From: Paraglomus brasilianum
Taxonomy: Eukaryota
Assembly (NCBI GenBank): GCA_910592345.1
Contig: CAJVPI010000274.1
Coordinates: 1-37,309, forward strand
Direction: 5' to 3'
Length of the DNA stretch: 37,309 nt
This document shows, one piece after another, positions 22,008 through 34,180 of the stretch. How positions within the stretch are numbered: position 1 is the stretch's first letter; each line of letters opens with the position of its first letter. Below the pieces are notes generated by a model. It saw only the letters and a program-made list of their open reading frames with translations. It searched no databases and was not told where the DNA came from. Made by a program: the position numbers and the translations under genes.

Positions 22008-23210
22008 ATGGCAAACCCAGTGATTACCTTGTTATTCTCAATGGATTTTATATCCCTCATATTGGCCATATACATGGCGATAATATTCTACAAGGCAAAA
22101 CCAAATCCAATGATGTTTTACTTTTCGCTGAGCGCTGCGGTGTTAAATGTGTTAGCGCTGCTGGGATTTGCATATAATTTTGATTGGCACAGGGCACCGT
22201 TGGAAATGTGTTATTTCCAGGCAATAGGGGTGAGTTCTTGGAAGCAGCGTACTCGATTTTCACAATGTTAAATTCTGCAAACATACTAACTACTGCAATA
22301 ATTGACAGATACAATTTGCAACATTTTTGACAGGAATTTGTGCCTTTAACTTTATAATTCAAGTCTATCGTCTTCTTGTTCTTCGTGAACAAACCGAGAT
22401 TACAAGCTCGAAATTGATATCTTACTACAACGGTCTTCTGATTGCATATCCGATTATAGGGACTGCATTGGTAACAGTTGCAGCAGTAAAGACAAATGCT
22501 ATAGGTGTTAGAGATTTCAAATGGTGAGTGCGATTTATTAAGATAAGGGTTACTCAGATTAAATCTTTTTTGTCGTCGCATCATTGACATTAACGAGAAA
22601 ATTTTACTATATCTAATACTTGCATTACACTGTTTGCATATTTAATTAATATTATTTACGTCTGTTATTCAATAACGCCAGCGACGTAATCACTCCAATC
22701 TGGGTTCGTATGTTAGGTTACAACGGCATCAACCTTCTCATATCCATCCCAGGCACTTACTTCTCAGCACACTCAACCATAACGGTAATTCGTTATCTGG
22801 ATCAATTTAAAACAAGCAGTACCGTTACCCAAGGTCACGCGCCAATGATAGAATCTAAAAATATTGCCAAAGTTGCAACCGACGATAGTAAATCTTCTCT
22901 TCCACGCACACCGGGTAGTAGAACCCATCCAAATAAGCAATACAACATCAAACGAGCTGCTGCTATTCGGATGGTATTTTTCACAGTTGTTTACCTCATT
23001 ACGAATATTAGTGCTTCGATCGAGACTATTGTCTTTGTTATAGCCGGTAAACCGTTAGATCCGCATCCTGGTGGATCTGACATAGTATGTGTATCGCTCG
23101 GAATTATGCTATTCTTAATTTTTGGAACTGCAGACGATGTTAGAAAATGGACTGTTGAGAAGCTAAAAGAACTTAAGCCAAGTAGTAGTAGTCGGAGTTT
23201 TAGTTTTTGA
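22008..23210 (+). CDS. 7TM GPCR-like protein, paralog B, 321 aa
   Basis: Exons 22008-22229, 22309-22523 and 22682-23210. Exons 1 and 2 have the same sizes (222, 215 nt) and intron phases as paralog A. Motifs MCYFQA, FKCDV, WVRMLGYNG, DPHPGGSD, SLGIMLFLIFGT. Confidence 0.82.
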
Positions 23211-23597
23211 CGGACAATTACATTAGTGAATGCGATTTGTAACGAAAAAAAAAATATTGTATGTATGGATATATTTACATGTAAAAAACAATTGCTAGCT
23301 AACATTATTATATATAAATTTGCATCAAATTTACAAATTCAACAGCTATAAAACTTTTTTTTAAACGAACAGAGTTTTTTTTAGCTAAACCGTCAAACGT
23401 TAGCATATCACATGCTGTAAGACTACCGCATTTCTTAGAAATGTATTGTTTGATGTTGATAGTTATTTATCGATTAAGGAATTATGCTGTTGATAGTTGG
23501 TAGTATACAGTGAGTTTAAAAAAAAAGGTTTAGAATCAGTTGAGTTGTAATATTGAAAGTTATTTCAGCTGTTTGCTGATTCGAGTATCTTTAAGTG

Positions 23598-23681
23598 TAT
23601 GTTGTACCTCAGTTGGGACCTGTTCAGTTCTGGACTGAGTGACTGGGTTCTGAACTGAGACAGGTCTCAAACTCAGACATA
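23598..23681. repeat. Short imperfect palindrome/hairpin (possible tiny non-autonomous element)
   Basis: Left arm ctcagttgggacctgttcagttctggactgagt pairs imperfectly with right arm actgggttctgaactgagacaggtctcaaactcag; more GC-rich than the flanks. Confidence 0.6.
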
Positions 23682-24574
23682 ACAAACACATTAGTTAAAT
23701 GACAACAAAATAATAGTAACAATGGATATGTGATGTCTCTGATAACAAATTTTCTACCAATTACTATTCATACATAGGCATATTGATTCCGGAATATCTT
23801 AATTGTTTATGACATATTTACATGATGGTTTCTTTATTCCAACATTCAGAGTACTATAATCGATTTATTTAATTAATGCCAGCATCTATTAGTGGGTGGA
23901 TAGTTAGTGAAACGATAGTAGGTATATAAGCGACGATAATTTTGCTAGCTGACATCATCTATTATTAGCTTATCAATTATATAATAAACGATATACGATA
24001 TTGGACATTAATTATCTCTGACTACTTCAGCAATTCTTCCATCAATTCTCGTAATTGACAAGCACGATTGTTAATTATTATTAGCCATGTCTTGATCGAA
24101 GAGCTAAATCTCAAGGCCAATTATTGAACGCTCTCTCGCAGTGGTTGGCTCGACACTGGAAAAGGAAGGCCATGGAAACCATTCACTTGATACAATGGGG
24201 GCTGATTTGACCTCCACATGAGCATTACTGTAATACAACAGAATCTCAGATAACCTGACGATTAAGTATACAGAAACTATAGACTAATTTGTATTTGTCA
24301 ACTATTAAATTATTTCTTCATACTTTAATGCACGCCCTTGGAAATGAGTTGGAGCGTGCATTTTGGGAGGGTTGGATTATGCTTCTGCTTTTCATCCCAG
24401 ACGCATGTGATTCCCCAAAAACTTCATACGAATCCAACGATCACCACAAGTGAAATACTTCCATAAATACTTAGCGATCATCATGAAGTATGGAGGCCGT
24501 TTATATATCATTTACTGAAGCAGAAGCATGAGTTAGTTTTTTCCACGCCTGATGCATATCTAATATAGTCATTT

Positions 24575-25290
24575 TGGCGCAAAAAAGTGTCGGTCCCGTG
24601 ATTCCTGCCTACTGTTTATTGGTGGAAAAACTTTCGGACTGTCCTATGTTTACATCTTACGGATATGGATATTAGCGTAACCCCAGAATCAGTCTTTTTA
24701 CAAATGAGTCGTATAACTTTTTGAGCTAAAGTCCATTTACTATGTACTTACAAAAGTTAAATGTCTGTTTATTTTATCATCATAGTAATTTCATGGTAAT
24801 ATCACTATACTACTCGTTTGCTTATTGACTAAAACATAACTATCTTGCTTCCTCCCCAGACACGGTCACACCTATCGCGAGGAACTTTTATTCACAACGA
24901 GGTGCTCGCTAAAGCCCAGTTTAAGCTGTTTTTATGACACGGTCACACTTTTCTAGATCATAAACTTTCCGATCCTAATATTATTTTACATAGTGACGAC
25001 TTGTCACATAAAAAGCAAAATTCGTTCTATTCGTTTGCATCACAATGATCCATCATGAATCAACACACACTGCTGTACAGCTAGTTATTCTTTGGAGCGA
25101 ATACTTCGTCTTGTAGCAGATATCAGTTTGTTTACATTTGTAAAAGACCCCAATCCAAATAAAGAAACCTCCTCCTTGATTCTGAGGCGCTAATACCCAT
25201 ATCCGTAAGATGTAAACATAGGACAGTCCGAAAGGTTTTCCACCAATAAACAATAGGCAGGAATCACGGGACCGACACTTTTTTGCGCCA
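24575..25290. mobile_element. Non-autonomous DNA transposon (MITE/foldback-like) with long terminal inverted repeats (~103 bp near-perfect, ~115 bp in total)
   Basis: 24575-24677 (tggcgcaaaaaagtgtcggtcccgtgattcctgcct...attagcg) is the reverse complement of 25188-25290 with 3 mismatches. The interior is non-coding. No clean target-site duplication, so the superfamily is unassigned. Confidence 0.82.
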
Positions 25291-26389
25291 TTAATTAAAA
25301 ACTTTATGTTATCTGTTGTGATTGGAATTTCAAAATTTTGTCAAGTGTTCAATAAATCTATTACGTAATTTTAAATATGCGGTAAATGACATAGCTATTA
25401 CATATTATAATCCCTTAACTCGGTTAAGCATTACGTAAATTTATAACATTGTCATCAAAACTGAAATCTTACATAAAGCTTGAAAGCTAAAAGGTACTAA
25501 GAAAACTAAAACGATGTGCGTACTATGATTTCACATTCGAGTTTTATTCAACGAAAATTAAATAATGTTTGACGCAGTTAACTTACAAAATTGTGTTGTC
25601 ATTTCAACCGAAGTTTTGATTGAAATATTACGAGCTGCTTGAATTAAGGTAAGCCTATTGTGACGACAACCATTCGTTTTTTTGTTTGTTTTTTTTTCAC
25701 CTACACCCAAAGCTAAAACTTCGGAAAAAAAAAAGAAAGCCGCAACAAAATTTCAATGCCTACTCTATATTTTTACTTTCAATAGTATTATTTAAATAGC
25801 TTTACTCTTTCAAAAAAAAAAAAAAAAGATCCAACGAACAGATAAATGCAGAATGGTCCCGCTTATTGTTGCCTTTCAAGATAATATTCAGATAACAAGA
25901 TTCACATACTTTATCTCCGACGCGAATAAATTTTCTATTGAAGATGCGTTGCAGTTAGAAACGTTTATGTATTGCATGGAAAATTCGTTATTTTCGTTTT
26001 TCTGATAGCACGATTTATAGGAAAGACCATATTCTTTCTCCGCTACGACAATGGGAATTTTGTGTAAGTGCGTGAGTAATAGAATACAATTTACTTACGT
26101 ATCAAACAAACATAAAATATAATTAAATTACCCAACATTATCTAAATTAGCTTTGCAAATATTTACTATGTGCTGACGATACAAAGTTTTACTTGTCAGT
26201 AATAACAAAAATAATACCACCGACAACAAGCATGCACGATTTCTATTCTCAAATATTAACGTCCACGTACAGAATATTGTCCCTGTCTCCTGGACACTAC
26301 AATACGACTTCTTCCGTCATCGCACCTGACAACCAAACACGCGACTGCGGAAAAATGCATATTCAATTTCAAAAACAATATGAATACCA

Positions 26390-27250
26390 ACATTTGTGTA
26401 TATGGCATCTATTAGCCCTCTTTTTGACACAATCAACAAGCCGATGCAAATTTCTATCAAATTTTGCAGGAAACTAGACTTGACAATCTCTCAAAACATG
26501 TCCAAAAGCTGCGCATATAAACCTTGTCGCTTATTAACAATGCTTTACCTTGAGTAACGATAAATGTATGATATCTGATGTTATAGACTTTATAAACGGC
26601 ATTTAACAAAATCCCGAAACCGTACAATCGGTACTTAAACTCAAAAAACCAAGCTACCATTATCCGTACTATTCAACATATCCAACATATCCAACAAGGA
26701 TCTAGACAAGATATTTAAACAACTCTTAACAGAACAAGGTTTTTGTAATGACCTATCAAAATTATTGTATGCCAAATCAGAATTATAGCATTCTACTTCA
26801 GTCTTGTCTTACAATTATGTCAAGTTCTTGGACATGTGTGCACACTAATACTACAGTATTTATCTAACTGGACAAGAGACACACTCATTGATGAGTGTTT
26901 GTAAGCTAAAGCGGAGCAATTTTCGTAATTGCAAGAATCAGGTCACGTTCTAAATTCTCGTAAAACGGCAACAAATAATAGTGTTACAATATTTGTTGAT
27001 ACCGCAAAGCCTGGAGAAAATATGTTGTCACTCAATGATATGGTAGTGTTTTGTAACGTGAATAGGTGGTGTGCTTTTGCATCAACAACGGATATCGCAT
27101 TCTGTACACAGAATACTACTTGAATTTATGTCCACTCGACAAGCGCTTGCTTGCCTCTATGTTTCTGCCCCAATATCAACGCACTGCATAAAACTGCTTT
27201 TATTAGACCCTGATGTAATAAAAGAGTGTGTGAAAGGCTTCAAAGTGCTG
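26390..27250 (+). pseudogene. Decayed PIF1-like helicase fragments (two partial C-terminal copies), probably from a Helitron-like/PIF1-carrying element
   Basis: Fragments across frameshifts: QADANFYQILQETRLDNLS (~26438-26495; PIF1 RQ..D..F..L..R.G motif), LSNDKCMISDVIDFINGI*QNPETVQSVLKLK, KTKLPLSV, QQGSR..YLNNS..EQGFCN (~26690-26750; cf. GARVMYL.N.....CNG). A second set ends LHKTAFI.DPDVIKEC.RLQ (~27184-27245). Many stops and deletions; no Walker A recovered. Confidence 0.6.
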
Positions 27251-28772
27251 TGAGAGCAGCTACAACCGGCCAACTTCTTTTTAATCAAGTGTGGCATGAT
27301 TATCGACGAAGTCGAGCGGACCTACAATGTTATAATGAAAAAAGATTAAATTACAAAAAGCACCGCCGATATGAATCCTTCATTAATAAAATATACCACT
27401 TACTCGAAAACAAGATCCATCATTATTGCTACTATCACTGCAATTACTGAGCCAATTATCATTCACTCATTGACAATGATAAGAGTGCTATTTCATGGGT
27501 TGAATAAATTGCACGTCCAAAGACACGCGGTTTTTGGATTGGCATTTTCTTTTATTTTGATAACGAGAATAAACACAATAATTTTCGAGCAGATTTTGCA
27601 TCAAAAATCTACATTTAAATAGACCGTAATATCTCGGCTGTTCAAATTTCCAAATTAAGCACATAGAAACTATCCAGCAACTGGAAACCATTAGTCAAGG
27701 CTTGTTTCAGAATTTTGCTCAACGTTTTTTTTCCTCAGCCTGTTTTGATACGCTTAAAAGAGAGTTATTCGGTGAGGTGTCAACAGATTATGTGCCCCAA
27801 AAAATCATTAAAGACTTTTCCCCTCCAGAATATACGAATTGCATTTTAAATGATAGATCGTATATTTTGATTCAACAACATATTACCGTTTTATACTAAT
27901 CAAAACAATTTTATTGATGCCATGATCCACACAAAAGATTCACTTACATCCATTCCGGACAGCTAGAAAGTATGTAAGAGGTCTCAAACAAACAAACATT
28001 TGGGTACGGATTTGTAATTAAACTGCATGACATTGTTCAGTTTTTAAACAGATAAGAAACACACAGCATATGACAACATTTGCACACACAACTTTTAGAA
28101 CAATGACTGTGGCAACAACAGTATTTCTAAAGTGCGAATCAATAAAAAACTGCTCTGGTTGGCATTATTCCCGTACCGTATTACTTTGAATTTCCATACA
28201 TCACATATTGTATAGTGGCGACATGACAACATTGTTAGTGACTAGCATTAAAATATAGAGATTGACTGTAACGACTTATTAATAATTTGATAAAGTTAAT
28301 GCTGCCGCACAAAAAATGATTTAAAAAGGCCTTATACTGTAATGGTTTTTATAAACTTTCCTAATTGGACATTCTTAGAATTTGAAATGCAAACACCAAT
28401 ATCTACAATATTGGTAATGTACAATCTAGCTACATCGATAGATACAGTATTTCAGTTATTGGTACTGCTAAATTAGAACAAATAAATTAAAAGATCTAAA
28501 AAAAGAATGGACGTCGTGAGATTTAATAATAAAACTATGTTGGCTAATAAAACATAAATCTGCTGAAACTATAGATAAGAATTACATAAATCTTACAGCT
28601 GTACATATAAGAAGAAAAGAATAGAAAAGAATTTGAGAGGTAGCATTGTTAAGTGAATGACTCCAACTCCAATGTAACGCTATTGATCATCAATCAACAT
28701 ACATGTTTGATTATACAAGAAAAAAAAAGTTTGATTATTTTCTACTTAACCCCCAAATTTATTTACACTATA

Positions 28773-28956
28773 CAAGCGGCTCTCGATATAAGAGAGTGAT
28801 CGGGGCCTAATAGGAAAAATTTGTGTTACTCTTATATCGAGAGAGGCTTTCTTATATAGCGAAAATTTTTCATAGTAAAAATCGGTACCAGCCAAAAACC
28901 TTTCTTATAGGTTATCTTTATTATATCGAAGGGTTCTTATATCGAGAGCCAACTTG
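28773..28956. mobile_element. 184-bp Tc1/mariner (pogo/Tigger-like) MITE
   Basis: TA|CAAGCGGCTCTCGATATAAGA ... TCTTATATCGAGAGCCAACTTG|TA: ~21-bp TIRs flanked by TA on both sides, with internal reiterations of ttatatcga. Confidence 0.8.
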
Positions 28957-30181
28957 TAGTAACTATAAAATTTTTCCATTAACAAATATTTAGTATCGTG
29001 CATTAATTTAATTTATACAAATCGTTAACGTAATTCTCAAATTTGGAAAATATCAGTATAAATTTAAACTTAGTCTCATAACGCAAATAACACAGTACTA
29101 TGATCACAAATTTATCATTACTATTATTACTACACTGTATTATTGCCAATAAATAATGTAGAAATAATGACAGTACTTTATAAGCATTGATTCTGACACG
29201 AACTACAAAAAAGTCATTAACATTGCACCAAACAAAACAAAACGTAACACAAAGAACGCCAATTTGCAAACGAATAACAAAAGAAAAAAAGCTTATACCC
29301 ACTAGAATTGCAACATCCCCCAACACTTCAGATATCAAATCCGACCACACAGTCGAACGTAGTAAATAATAACAATAACATTTTCATTACATTCTCAACA
29401 ACCCAACCAGAATTTAAATTAAAAACTAACTTACCCATGCCACGCATGTCAGACTCCAACAAGAAGCAAGAGTTGTGTTTCTTAATAACTCTTTAATTGC
29501 AATTGGCATGCAACGGTATAATTAATGTAAAGCAAGTCCAGAAAAAAATAACGAAAGATCAATTTTCTTTGTAAATTAGAAAAGATGATTGTAATTTTTT
29601 TTTTTTTTTTTTTTTTTTTTTTGCAATTAATTGTTTCAATTTTTGGGTATTGATTAAAAAAAAATAGAAGAGGGGATGAATTTAAAATTACTGTTTATGA
29701 TATATTAATAGATGTGAAGTGTTTTTGGTTTTTTTTTTTTTTTTTGCAGTTTTGTATTTGTTATCGGAAGAGTTGATTAACATATCAGTTCGTATCAGTG
29801 GTATAAATTTAAAATTAAATTTATGTGAAGATCGATTATTAATATTTTAAAATTTACAATTTTGGGAATTGTTATTTGTTAATTGTTAATCGGAAAAGTT
29901 AACTATTGAGATGTTTGATTAAAACCATTATTAACATCGACGAAATTGTATTTAATTTAATAATAAAAATATTTATCTTTAGTCGGACGACTTTATATAT
30001 TCATAAATAACAGAAGCAAATCCGAAGTATTTCTATACTTCTTACCAATATGTTTATAATTGTTCTGGCGGTAGCCCAATTCAAAAATCGGGCTGGCCCA
30101 GTTCATTTTATTTCGCTATTATTACATAAACAATGTTAATTAGATGTCGCTTATTGGTTGTGATATTAGACAATGTGCCTA

Positions 30182-30837
30182 TAATCGAACCTTTGAGATG
30201 ATTCATGTGAAAAATAAACAATTCCAATTTGGGCAATACCCCTTTTCAAATTGATGTTATTGAATAACCTATTTTTGGCGATGATTTTTCAAACAATGAT
30301 CGGCTTTCGCTAAGTATCTTGAAGTGAACATTAAGCAAACTACTGTAGTTGCTTTAGGTCGCCCTAACAGATTTGGAAATTGAAAATGTTTGGGATGATG
30401 GTGCTCATTAGCTATTGCCAAATAAAGCATTAGTTAGGGTAAACAGCAGCGTGAATTCATTCGCTCGATTTACCACGTTGAGTGAGGAATATGCTAGATT
30501 GGAGTGCTTTATATTCGATATTAATATGATGCGATCTGATGTTAATATTAATAATATTATTATAATTGTTAAAGCTTATCTATGCATTCAAATCAAATTT
30601 GAGGCATTGTCTATATTTTTTCATGGGTGTTTGTAATCGAGCCTTTGATTTATTACGTCAGGCAGGTGATTGATTCATGTGAAAAATAAACAATTCCAAC
30701 TTCAGTGATGGAACCCCTTATTTGATACTTCTATTTTTGGCGGTGATCTTCAAACAACGATCAGCTTCGCAAAAAATCTCGCCAAGGAAAAGCTGAGTGG
30801 ATATCGTTTATGACAATGAAACTTGAAGTGAACATTA
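30182..30837 (+). repeat. Old diverged direct repeat (two ~150-200 bp copies at ~30182-30333 and ~30633-30837)
   Basis: Shared blocks in the same order: taatcgaRcctttga, gattcatgtgaaaaataaacaattccaa (28 bp identical), ctatttttggcgRtgat, tcaaacaaYgatcRgctt, cttgaagtgaacatta. Confidence 0.75.
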
Positions 30838-31049
30838 TATCACTTGGTTCACTTTAACGTTAGACCGTAAATTATAAAAAACAGTATTGATATTAAGTTC
30901 ACTGACAAATATACTCGTTATTACGTTTGTTTATATATATTGGTATTTTTTTCTTGATGTAAGTGATTGTTCAGTGACTAAACTTTATCGGAGTATATAA
31001 AGAGTCGAACAACGGTGGGAGGTGGGCAGGGGGATATGCCTAGGCAGAG

Positions 31050-31112
31050 GTCAAGATATAGACCTAGGTATAGATTAGATAGAGATCGAGATCGAGATCG
31101 AGATTTAGACCT
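31050..31112. repeat. Degenerate hexamer microsatellite (AGATCG-like)
   Basis: agatatagacctaggtatagattagatagagatcgagatcgagatcgagatttagaccta. Confidence 0.7.
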
Positions 31113-32919
31113 AAGTAAGATATATATGCCTATAACTATATATATAAAATTGCGAGAAGGTAATCAGCAAGAAATTAACCATAACTTTGAAATCCAAGTT
31201 AGTCTGGATAACAAAAATGGAATGGGAAAGAGGCACGAAGCAAACAATTAGGTTAGATGCAAGATCACGAGGCATGGCAAATCTGAAAAGGAGGTTAATG
31301 TAGTACAGATTAAATCATGCAGCGATAGTAGCCAATGAATTATGCTGAATTGATAAAGTTTTATTTATTCGAATATCTTTCCTATTAGCGGGAGTTCCGA
31401 TTATCTGGGCATTATCGTTAAAACATTATAGGTTTGTGATAAAAGTTTACAAACCATATTAACAAGTATTTAGCACTGCGTGTTGTAGTCACCGCATGAT
31501 TGAATAATAATTGATGTCGGATAGTTGCTACAAGCATTTTCAAAGAATTCGATTGCCAACTTGGAAAAATATGTAAACTAGTCTTATAGTTCGCTATAGA
31601 CACAACGCAGTGAAGGCAAATACGTCAAAGAGTTTTAAAAAACTTGCATTGATATCAGTCCGTATATATTAGAAGTCTGCATCCACCTAAAGATTTTATT
31701 TTTACCTTGGGTATCGTTGCGAAAAACTAACTTTAACAAGCATGTAAACAACGTGTGACGGGGCCCTTGATCTAATGCACATTGGCCTTGCGTGATTGTG
31801 CCTAACTAAGCATATTGGGAACTGAAACATCTATCGCTTAAACTCTATAATCGAAGCATTTACTATATCGATAGACTTTATGTCTAATTAAGCAACTTAC
31901 CCGATTGAGAATAAATTTGGTTAATAGGTTATTTGTAAGTAATGTTGTTAAAGTAGGAGGGAGAAAGTTGTACAGAATTTATGTTATTGCTATATTAATA
32001 TAGTCAACGTTAAATTGCACAAATTTTGTTGTTGGGACTAAGAAAGCGCCATTCATAGTTCGAATCTTTTGGGTATTGTTACACTGTTCCAAGAGAGTTT
32101 ATCATCAACATTATGAATGTTCTGTCAGAAAATGCATCTACAAGTGTCAACAAATATAGAAAGACAGTTTATCGTTATAACAGTTGGGTTATTATCACTG
32201 CTTATTATTGATTTGTATAGCCATATGATCAATATATGGGGCAAACATAAATCGAAAGATCGCCACCGTATTACACAAAAAATATCATTGTTTTTGATCT
32301 TACGTTTCAAATAGAGTCTCACCATATGTTTGCATGTTTGTGTAATCTGTGTCCTTCGTTGGTGTTAGACACTAAACCCGGAAAGTATGTGATATTATAT
32401 ACTTTACTTAATTAAAGTTAGAATTCGGATTACTACAACCACAATTTCCGTTCCAAGCCGTAGCACAAAGCATAATGTATAATTTAATGCCGACGGATTT
32501 ATGTTACCCCTTCCCCAATATGTGAACGATCGAAACAGAATCCTGTTCGTCATTCTGCAACCGTTTACACATCGTTACCAAAAAGATTATTTCCCTTTTT
32601 AAAGGCACCACGAGATGTCCGAGATGTAGAACAGCCCGAAAATTGCGTAGCCATCAAGATTATGCCCAACTTATTTCGATTAGCTACATTTAAACTCACC
32701 ATGTTAATAAATAGAACCGTTTCTCGTTTTTTTTGTCGCTGTCTATTCAAATCTTTTTTATATAACATTTTTAACGTTCATTATTGCTGGACGTTATCAT
32801 TCTTTTTCTAAAATATTCAAATTTATAACTGTAAATAATATTTAAATTACACTCATTAATTAATAATTATATTCAACATTAATAACAATTTTTTATCACA
32901 ACGCTATTTTTCTGCTTCG

Positions 32920-34180
32920 ATGATCAGCGTATCAGTAGAAATCTTATGCATACTCAATATTATTTCCCTTATAGTTGCCATATACATGGCAACAATCTTT
33001 TTTATAGCCAAAAAAAATTTAATAAATTTCTACATCACCGTCATCTTTATATTTATGAATGCTTTGGTGCTCTTAGGATATGTCTATAATTTCGATTGGA
33101 ATAGAGCACCATTGGCCATTTGCTATTTTCAGGCCTTTGCGGTAAGTTCTAGAAACTAATAGAAAAGCTTTACTATAATAGAACAAATAGTAAGCAAACC
33201 ATCATATTTATTAAATATTTTCTTTACCTCTAGTCTCAATATACAGCCTTCGCAACAGGCGCTTGGGCACTGGTTTTCACAATCCAACTTTATCGTCTCC
33301 TTGTCCTCTGTAAACAGCATGAGATAACCGATTCACGTCTATATCGTCACTACTATGTATTTTTAACCGTTTATCCCATTGTTGGAACCATACTGGTATC
33401 TGTCATCGGTACTAAAGAAAGAGCTGTCAAAGCGAGAGATTTTCGTTGGTATGTACTTAAGTACGTTGATTGCTGTAGAGTTTGGTAACTACAAGTTAGC
33501 AACCGATTATTTACCTTCTCACTTTGTGAACATAAAACAGTGACATAGTCAATCCAATATGGGTTCGTCTAATAGGTTACAACGGTCCCAATCTGCTTCT
33601 AACTGTTCTGGGTACTTATTTCTGTGTTCATTCGACAATGGTAGTAATACGACAACTATATAAGGGCAAGTCACTTTTCCAACAGCATTCAATTCCCCTC
33701 GAAAATACGGAAGCAGCTGTAAGATTATCCAAAAGTCTGTCAAGTAGTTGCATCGTAAAAGATAATAATATAGGGGTGTTCGAATTGCAAAATTACACCC
33801 CTACAGCTCTCTCACCGACGTCCGCAAATATCAGCAACAATTCGAGTGATGACAATGAAACTGTTAATAACCTGCAGGGGATAAGTTCTTCCTTGACGTT
33901 GAATGTTGGTAGAGAGACTTTGGATAAAACACACAACATCACGCGTGTAGCTGTTATTCGTATGGTTGTCTTTACAATCGTTTATCTTCTAATGAATATT
34001 AGTGTTTCAGTTGAGACTGTTCTTTTTGCCATAGTTGATAAACCATTAGATCCCCATCTCAGTGGATCTGATGTAGTTCATTCATCGCTAGGCATCATTT
34101 TCTTTTTATTTTTTGGAACTGTGAGTAAACGATCTGGTGAAAAATTGAAAAAAATAACTAATTTTGATGAGCACGTTTAA
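32920..34180 (+). CDS. 7TM GPCR-like protein, paralog C, 358 aa
   Basis: Exons 32920-33141, 33234-33448 and 33541-34180; again 222/215-nt exons and a Cys codon split TG|T. Motifs ICYFQA, WVRLIGYNG, VIRMVVF, DPHLSGSD, SLGIIFFLFFGT. Confidence 0.82.

Noticed and set aside
30182..30837. Direct repeat interpreted as LTR pair or LINE remnant
   Set aside because: No TG..CA ends, PBS/PPT or recognisable RT motifs; kept only as a repeat.
31015..31251. ORF with RD/RS-like repeats resembling an SR protein
   Set aside because: Product of a hexamer microsatellite; GTG start and no RRM or splice support.
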